64,000 nt of DNA from the human T2T-CHM13v2.0 reference genome, Homo sapiens. Under the pieces are notes generated by a model. That model was not told the origin of the DNA, did not search any database, and saw nothing but the letters and a program-made list of their open reading frames with translations. The first letter of the stretch is position 1. Each line of letters opens with the position of its first letter. Below are positions 55,214 through 64,000 of the stretch, in pieces. The DNA lies in the NCBI RefSeq assembly GCF_009914755.1, contig NC_060945.1; one strand, given 5' to 3'. The position numbers and the translations under genes were made by a program.

Positions 55214-56389
55214 AATAGCCAACATAAAAGGTCAAAGTTTATGCCTGTTTTCCAGGTGAAACTAGTGATAGCTCTAGCTCCCCATTTTACTCTCAAAGTG
55301 ATCCCAATTCAAAAGCTCAATGATATGATCACCTGAACACACAGTTATCTTTACCTTGAGAACTAAGTCTGATCTTCAAGCCAGAGTCGTAGACACAAGA
55401 CTTGTCTAATGAAAATAATTGTCTGTGGCAACTTTCTTAGGAAGGAGCTGTGGGACACAGGTATTTAGAGTTGTATGAACTGCCAATTATGTAGTCCTTA
55501 GAAGAAAAGAAAAGAGAAATTAAAGATGAAAGCTAACTTTAAACTCAAATTCCTACCTCACTGGTTCAATTTTATCCACTAGATACCATCTTTTTCTAAT
55601 GCATTGTGGAAAAGAGTATTATTTTCATTGTTAAGGATAGTATAAAACTAGAAAAGAAATTAAGTGGCTTGACTGTATCACATTGTAAATATCAGAGAGA
55701 ATTCCAAAATTAGAACTTTAGAGATGGTTAGTCACAATCTATTAGGCATAAGTAGTAGACTGAGTCTTTTAATTATCACTCTGTATAATAATTCACATGC
55801 CACCAAATGTATTGGAAATAGTTATCTTTCCATCAAAACTATTACCCCCAATTTTTTAAGTAATCATATTTTTAGATTTTAAATACATTTTCTCCCACAT
55901 TAGTCCTCTATCACTTTAATGAGTATAGTTAATATGGTGAATCGTAGATTCTAAAGCCCTTTCTCTTTTTTTTTGCCCTCAGAACAGATTTATAATGAAA
56001 AAAAAACTTAAGTGACTGAAATGTTCAACCTGAGGAAGAGAAGCCAGACTCACTGGTCCCATTCCTCAGAATGTAGTTTCTTTCAGAGAGGGCTGTGATG
56101 AAATTTTGGCCTATCTCAATGTACAACACCAGAAAGAGAGATGATATTATAATTTGAGACATTTTGTTTAGAACGATTTCATGCATTCTTCTAATCAGAA
56201 TGGGCTATTGAAAACATTTGTGCTAAGCCTGTCCTCTGGAAATCATTTATTTCATTTGTGGTATTTCAAACATCATCGTGCTGAGTTGGAGGGCAGTGGC
56301 CATTATAGTCATACAAATAATACTGTATCACTTTGTTTAAAGTATAGAAAGACCCGCTTGTTGGTTGAAAACCTCCTATGTCTTTCTGA

Positions 56390-56755
56390 AAGATTAGCTT
56401 CTGTTCACCAAATTCCATGTTATTTTCCTTCTCCTGAATACAAAGAAAGAGTAGATTTCTTAGCCGCTAAACGGTTAGGTGGCAGCATGTGACTAATTCT
56501 GGCTCATGAAATTTGATCAGAAGGCATCAGAGTCACTTCACCGACTCTGGCCTGTGTCCTGAGATGGCCAAGCTCCAGCATGGAAACAGCCTGGATTTCT
56601 AAGACTCTGCTTGGAAAGGAGCCGCACCAAAGTGAAGGATGAAGTGAAATACACTGAGTACTAAGTGAAGATGAAAGATTTTTATGACATAAGTTACTGA
56701 AATTTCAAGATTCATTTGTTACCATTGTATAGCCTGGATTTTCCTGACTACCATA
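56390..56755 (+). mobile_element. MLT1I/J-like LTR
   Basis: gttaggtggcagcatgtgactaattctggc...ttactgaaatttcaagattcatttgttacc..ctgactaccata. Confidence 0.65.
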
Positions 56756-56888
56756 GGAAATATATGAAGTTTAGCTTTATAATTTAATTTTATTTTTCTG
56801 ACTTAGCTTAGTCTTTGCCGTAGCTGAGATTCTTTCAAGCAAGTAGTGAGTGAGATGGATCATTACTTAAGTGTTCATTACTTAAATG

Positions 56889-56995
56889 TTCATTCCAATA
56901 TTACACCGAATTGGATGATATCTTGTATCATATGTTTATGTGGCCAGACTGATCAGTGACAGTTTGGAAGACATGTATCTGGTGCAGCTAAATTT
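56889..56995 (+). repeat. 107-bp direct duplicate of 57511-57617
   Basis: Ungapped, 9 mismatches by manual count. Confidence 0.95.
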
Positions 56996-57015
56996 TGTGA
57001 GCCAGAATTAGTCAC

Positions 57016-57127
57016 ATTTCATGAGCCAGAATTAGTCACATGGTGCCACCTAACTGTTTAGGGGCTAAGAAATCTACTCTTTCCTTGTACGCCGGAGAAA
57101 GAAAATAACGTGAGATTTGGTGAACAG
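57016..57127 (-). repeat. ~112-bp inverted duplicate of 56401-56512
   Basis: Reverse complement matches ctgttcaccaaat...gaaagagtagatttcttagcc..atgtgactaattctggctcatgaaat. Confidence 0.92.
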
Positions 57128-60067
57128 TACAAAAGACATGAATTGAGATTATCATCCAAATCATTTTTAACCTGCCTAAAATATGAGAAATCATTTAGAA
57201 CATATAGAATCTGTAGGCAAATGTAAGCTGTAAATCCGTATAGTAAGAGAAGGAAAAAGGCAGTAATATTTTGTAGTTTGTGATTTTAAAAAATCAACGT
57301 ATAATCTTAGAGTTCTCAGATTTTATTTGTAAAGTAATAGTGTTGTGGAACTAGCAAATAATCATTAAGTTTCTGTGATACATTAACTCTTTCAGCATAA
57401 GAACATGTGAATATTTGCCTTGTAGATACGGCGATGAGAGGTTCTGGTTTATTTGGGGGCAGTCTCAGTTTATATCTTTTGTTTCATTACAATTCTTAAT
57501 AGTGTCGCTTTTCATTCAAATATTACACTGAATTAGATGATATCTTGTATCATGTGTCTATGAGGCTAGACTGATCAGTGACAGTTTGGAAAACACGTAT
57601 CTGGTGCAGCTAAATTTCTTTTTTTTTCCTCAGTTCTGTGGAACATAATACGGCATGAAAATATCATTATATGAGGATGTTACCACATCCCCATGTAATG
57701 GGATCAGCCCACAAAATATTTTTGAATCCATAACTTAGTGAAAGCATTGTGATGAGTACATCTAAAATAAACATTTCTAGGTTTCTGTGGATGGACTCAG
57801 GAACCTAATCATCAGGTATATAAAACATTAAATCAAATGAAAAGTGCAGTCTAGTTTTCAATAACTAACTTGCCAAAGAGCTTTAGGACGTAACTGTTTG
57901 TCATTTCAGCATAAGCAGTGGTTTTTAAATGCAGCTTTCAGTTGTATTAATTGTGTAGGTATTTTATTTTTTATTATGGAGAATTTTGAAAAATACCAAA
58001 ATTACATAATAGTATATCAAACTACCTTGCAGCTATTAACCAGTCCAAATAGACATCAACCAATTGTGAGTTCTGTCCTATCCATACCCCCATCTAAATT
58101 TCCCCCTATATTATTTTGAAGTAAATCCAGACATCATATCATCTTATTTTTACATATTTTAGCATTTGTCCCCAACAAGATGTACACTTTGGTAAACATA
58201 GTTTTATGTGGTTTCTGTATAATAGCATAGATTGAACAAATATTTGTCAAAACAAATTTGGGTTGAAGTTTAACATGTCAGCATTTACCCACATTAAATA
58301 GTCATTATCTCTTGGACTAACAGTTTCCCAATATCACCTTAATCAGAACAAATTACCTTTAAATATTCCAAAAGTAAACTCTAAATTTCCCTTTAGACAA
58401 TTTAGAGGGGTATGTATACGCTCCAATCCAGAGATCAAGGAGCTCTGAAATGGATTCTGCAGCTGTCTCCCTTTGAAATTCTTTGCTCTGACACTCCAGA
58501 TAACAGTACGACTTAGCTTTCCTGGGAAGCAAATAGGCTGCTCTTCAAAGGGTGAATACCTTAGACTGACAGGTTAACTTCAAGAATGTAATTCTAATAA
58601 ATGGAATTTATGGGGCAAATGTTAAAAACACTAAAAAATACCTTTTATTGGCCTGTTTATTGAGACTAGGAAGGAACATCATGTTACAAACAAATTCTGT
58701 TTTCTTTGTGCTAAAACATTCCTATGTCATCTTTTAATAAACTTAACTGGATTTATAGGAAAGGAAAAGTATTCCCTTTGTTTTATACTTCAGAAAATAA
58801 TTAAAACACATTTCTGATTTGTATGAAAAGAGAAAGCCAGACAAAATTTTTAAAATTTATCAAATGTAAAATTGAAAGGAAAAGAGGAAATCTTGGTACA
58901 GGTTATATTTGTAGCAAAATTAGAGAAATTTGGAAGGTTGCAACATATTGTTTATGTATTGTACCAGTTTCCTGGAACTTACTATCTATATACATAATAT
59001 GTTTTTTATTTGTATGTAAATGATGTAAAATGATTAAGATGGTAGAGCTAATACGGTTTCTTGAAGAAGGAGGACATTAGGGTTAGAGCTTATATTAATT
59101 GAATCACAGGTCTTTTTTTGGCTCCTTATATCAGTGGATATAGATGGCATTAACTTAATTTAGGCATTTGATTTAGATTACAGTGCAGGAGTAAGAAGCA
59201 TATTTAAGGGAATAGCTCTGTTTTCACCACTTAGCAGCCATATAACCAAGGTTAAACCTTGCTTCTCTAATTATGTAATGATAGTAATTTAACCTATAAA
59301 GGGACTGCAAGGATTAAATAGAACTGTCTTGGTAAATATTTTTAAAATGAGCTCTATTTTCATGTTTATGCATAATAAAAATACTCACATTTTAAGTGTA
59401 CAATTTGTGTCCTTGGCAAATACATATAGTCATGTAGCCAACATCATAATCATGATGGAAAACATTTCCATCACCTTGGAAAATTCCCTTGAGTCCCTTT
59501 GTGGTCAATCGGCTCCACCTACCCTCAGCTTCTGCAACTACTGATTTGCATTCTGTCATTACAATTTTGCATTTTCTGGAATTTCATGTAAATGGAATAA
59601 CACAGTATACAGACTTTTGTGTCTGGCTTTTTCTACTTAGCATAATGCTTTGGAGATTTATTCAGATCCTTGAGGGTATCAGTAGCTCATCTGATTTATT
59701 GCTGAGCAGTCTCCTGTATTGACTGCATATATGACAAGTGGATGGACACTGAGATTGTTTCCAGTTAGGGAATGTTATGAATAATGTTCTGTGAACATTA
59801 AAGTATAAGGCTTTTGTGGATAAAGCTCTGATTTATCATAGCTAATTGTGTAGAAATGGGATTACTGGGTTGCGTGTTAAGTTCCTGCTTAACTTTTTAA
59901 GTAACTTACAAGGTATTTTTTTTTTTAATTGGCTAAACCATTTGCAGTTCCCTCAACCACATACCACTTGCTCCACAACCTCACCAACCATTGGTATTGG
60001 TCATTAAAAAAAATTATCCCTTCTAAAATGTGTATGTAATGGTATCTCATTGTAGCTTTAACTTGAA

Positions 60068-60210
60068 TTTGTTTGGTTTTCAAATCAGGTAATTTGGACT
60101 GATAAAGTAAGTTGAGAAGTATTTTATTTTCTATTTTTCAGAAGCATGTGTGCAAAATTGATATTATTTTTCCTTAAATGTTTAGTAGAATTCACCAGTG
60201 TCATCTAGGC
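60068..60210 (+). repeat. 143-bp direct duplicate of 62204-62346
   Basis: Ungapped, 4 mismatches by manual count. Confidence 0.95.
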
Positions 60211-60750
60211 TAATACTTTGTAGACTAATACTTTCAGCCTGTTTCCTTGTGCTTATTGTCCATTCGAGTATCTTCTTCAGGATGCTCATTTTTACTGCAT
60301 CTTTTTTCTTTCTGTTGGGTTTTAAGAATTCTTTAAATATATATGACGTAAATCTTTTGTCATATATATGTCTGCAGATGTTGTTCCTAGTCTGTGGCAT
60401 GACTTTTTATTACCTTAACAGTGTTTTTTGATAAATGAAAACCTTTAATATTAATGATGTCCAATTTAACAATTGATATTTCATAATTTGCACTTTTTGT
60501 GTCCTGGCCAAAGATTGTTTGCCTAAGCCAACATCACCAAGACCTTCTCTTATATTTCCTTTTACATGTTGTATAATCTATTATGTTTAATTCTATGAAC
60601 CATTTCAGGTTAATTTATGTATATGATTTGAAGTCAGGGTCGATGTTCATTTTATTTGTGCATAAATACTCATTAGAGTATTCTTTGTTGAAACGACTAT
60701 GCGTCCTTTGTTGCATAACCTAGGCACGTTTTTCAAAAAATAAATTGATG

Positions 60751-61031
60751 AGAGGCCAAGGCAGGAAGATCATTTGAGGTCAGGAGCTCAAGACCAGCCT
60801 GGCCAACATGGTGAAACCCCGTCTCTACTAAAAATACAAAAATTAGCCAGGCCTGGTGGCACACGCCTGTAATCCCAGCTACTTAGAAGGCTGAGGCACA
60901 AGAATCACTTGAAGCAACCCAGGAGGGAAAGGCTGCAGCGAGCCAAGATGGCACCTCTGCACTCCAGCCTGGGTGACAGAGTGAGACTCTGTCTTAAAAA
61001 ATAAAAAATCAAATCAAAATAAATAAATAAA
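60751..61031 (+). mobile_element. Alu (AluS-like), 5'-truncated
   Basis: Starts at gaggccaaggcagg; (taaa)n tail. Confidence 0.9.
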
Positions 61032-62950
61032 TGGATAATATCTGTGGACTACCTATTCTGTTGTATTGATCTTATGTCAATTGTTAAACCACATTGCTTC
61101 GATAATTCTAGCTTTATAATACATCTTAGAATCAAGTGGTGTAAATTTTCCAACATCGTTCTTTTAAAAAATTAAGGCTATTTTGGATCTATGCCTTGCC
61201 ATTTGATTTTATAATCACCTTGTTAATTTCTGCATAAATGCTTGCTGAACTTTTCATTGGGATTTCATAAAGCTATAGATATATATGGAGAAAATTAAAA
61301 CCTTTTCTAGTGTTGTATCTTGTAATTCGTGAACATGATATCCCTCTCACTTTTTAAAATTTTTTTAGCTCTCCTTAATTCCACCAAGCCATATTTTGGA
61401 GATTTTAATATACAGGCCTAGCATGAAGTTTAGTAAGTATACTATCCCTATATGCTTCACGTTTGTTCATTCTATTTTAAAAGACATTTTAATTTAAATA
61501 TTTAGTTGAGCCTTACTAGTATATAGAAACATAACTGATTTTTGTGTTTTCATCTTGGATTCCATGGCTTTACTACGCTCAGTTCCAGTAACACTTTTTA
61601 TGGGTGTCTTTGCGTTTTCAACATAAATGATCATCTCATCTGTAAATAATGTCAGTTTCATTTTTTCCTTTCCAACATGTATTACATTTTATTTATTTAT
61701 CATACTTTTAATCATATTATTTTTGCCCTATTGCACTAATTGGGACTCCCAATATAATTTTGAAAAAACACTGGTAAGAACAAATATCTTCACATTGCCC
61801 CTGATCTTAGAGGAAATCATTCAGTCTTTCACAAAAATGATGTTAGCCAATTTTGCTGGATGTTTTTATCAGGTTGAGGAAGTTGCTTTCCATTCATAGT
61901 TTGGAGGTAAATTTTATTATGACTGAATTGTGAATTTATCAAATGCTTTATTCTTTATCTGTTGAGATGAGCATATGCTTTTTCTTTTTTATGTAATAAT
62001 ATGCTGGATTATACTGATTACTGGATATTAAATCAACCTCCATAGGGCTGAGATAATGTACTATTGTTTTGTCTTTTTTTGCATTTTTGGATATTGTTTA
62101 CTAAAATTTTGTTTGGGATTTTTGCAACTATGTTTAGGTGACTTATAGGTCTGTTTCATGTAAATATGTATACATGTATTTATTCATTTATTCAAATATT
62201 GCCTTTGTTTGGTTTTCAAATCAGGTAATTTGGACTGATAAAGTAAGTTGAGAAGTATTTTATTTTCTATTTTTTGGAAGCATGCATGCAAAATTGATAT
62301 TATTTTTCCTTAAATGTTTAGTAGAATTCACCAGTGTCATCTAGGCATGGAGCTTTTTTTGTAAGAAGAATATCAATTATGAATTCAATTTGTTTAGTAG
62401 TTTTAAGGCTATCTATCTAGTTCTCTGTGACTTGTTGAGGAATCTTTTGTCAGTTTATGTATTTCAAGGAGTTAGGCCACTACATCCAAGATGTTGATAA
62501 GCCTATAGTTTGCTCATAATATTACCTTTTAATCATTTTAATGTCTGTAAAATCTGTATTTATGTCCATTTTCTTCATTATTGATGTTGGGTATTTATGT
62601 GTTTTATTTCCTGATTAGTCCAATTAATGCTTTAGCATTTTTTCCCTCTGTTCAAGGAACCAGATTTTAGTTTCATTGATGTACTTTATTTTTTTCTCTT
62701 TTTCTTGATTTTTTTCACTCAACTTTATTGTCTTCCTTCTAATTACGTTGGGTTTAATTTGTTTTTCTATTTTTGTTTCTTACAGAGAAATCTTAGCTCA
62801 CTGGTTTTTAGATCTTTATTCATGCTGTATAGTTCCCTTGAAACACTTATTCAGCTGCATCCTACAAATTTCATATAGTATGTTTTCATTTAGCTTACAT
62901 TTTATCTCATTTATTCTTACTTATGGTTTATTTACAGATGTGTTATTTAA

Positions 62951-63305
<355 letters not shown>

Positions 63306-64000
63306 TAAATTGATTCTTTAGTGACCACAGAACTTCATATGATTTCAATTTTCTTAAATTTATTGAGACTGGTCAATCTTTTGTTCAGGCACTTTATACC
63401 CTTGCTAATTTTCTGCCTTCTCTTTCTATCAACTACTGAAAGTGTTCATATCTTCAATTATAATATTGGATATGTGTAGTTCTTTTTCAATCTTTATCAG
63501 TTTTAAACCTCTGGTATTAGTGTATCCACATTTAGGTTTTTTATGTATACTGATGAATTGATCCCTTCAAAATTACGAATATCATTCTCTGTAAAAAATA
63601 TTTAATTGACCAAGATTGTAAATAAAGTGTACAGCACAATTATCATATATGTATACCTTATATAATGATTACCACAATGAAATTAGTTAACACATCTATT
63701 ACCATCCAAGCCGTATATTAGATTTGCTGGAATTGTTCATCTTATAAAGTTTGTATTTTTATAACATTTCTTGTTATAAACTCTACTTTGTCTTATATAA
63801 ATATGAACACTCTAGCTTCTTTTTAAAAGTGTTTGCTTTGTGTGTTTATTTTAATCCTTTTGCTTTTAACCTATATGTCTTTATATTTAAAATAGGTTTC
63901 TTCTAGATAATGTCTTAGGTATTGGTTTTTGATTCAATCTGACAAGCACTGCTTTTTCATTGTTTTTAATTGAGATGTTCAGACAATTTAAATGTATCAT

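Overview
Primate (human-like) AT-rich, gene-poor genomic DNA, identified by AluY/S/J, FAM, L1PA2-like, L1MA2/3, THE1, MLT1/2, MER21, MER52, MER94 and MIR/L2 copies. No credible protein-coding exon was found, and nearly all listed ORFs derive from repeats or are chance. There is no CRISPR array, rRNA or tRNA. Non-routine signals: (1) a 32 x 27-bp minisatellite inside an L1MA ORF2 remnant, open on both strands; (2) three independent local templated insertions (18.2, 56.9 and 60.1 kb) sharing a junction signature; (3) a repeat-depleted block at ~41.5-42.9 kb with CCAAT/TATA, homeodomain/SOX/POU motifs and three candidate + strand exons, suggesting an lncRNA promoter/enhancer; (4) a consensus CTCF site at 54.0 kb. 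Repeat subfamily names are from recall of consensus sequences and need RepeatMasker/Dfam confirmation. Boundaries of old repeats are approximate.
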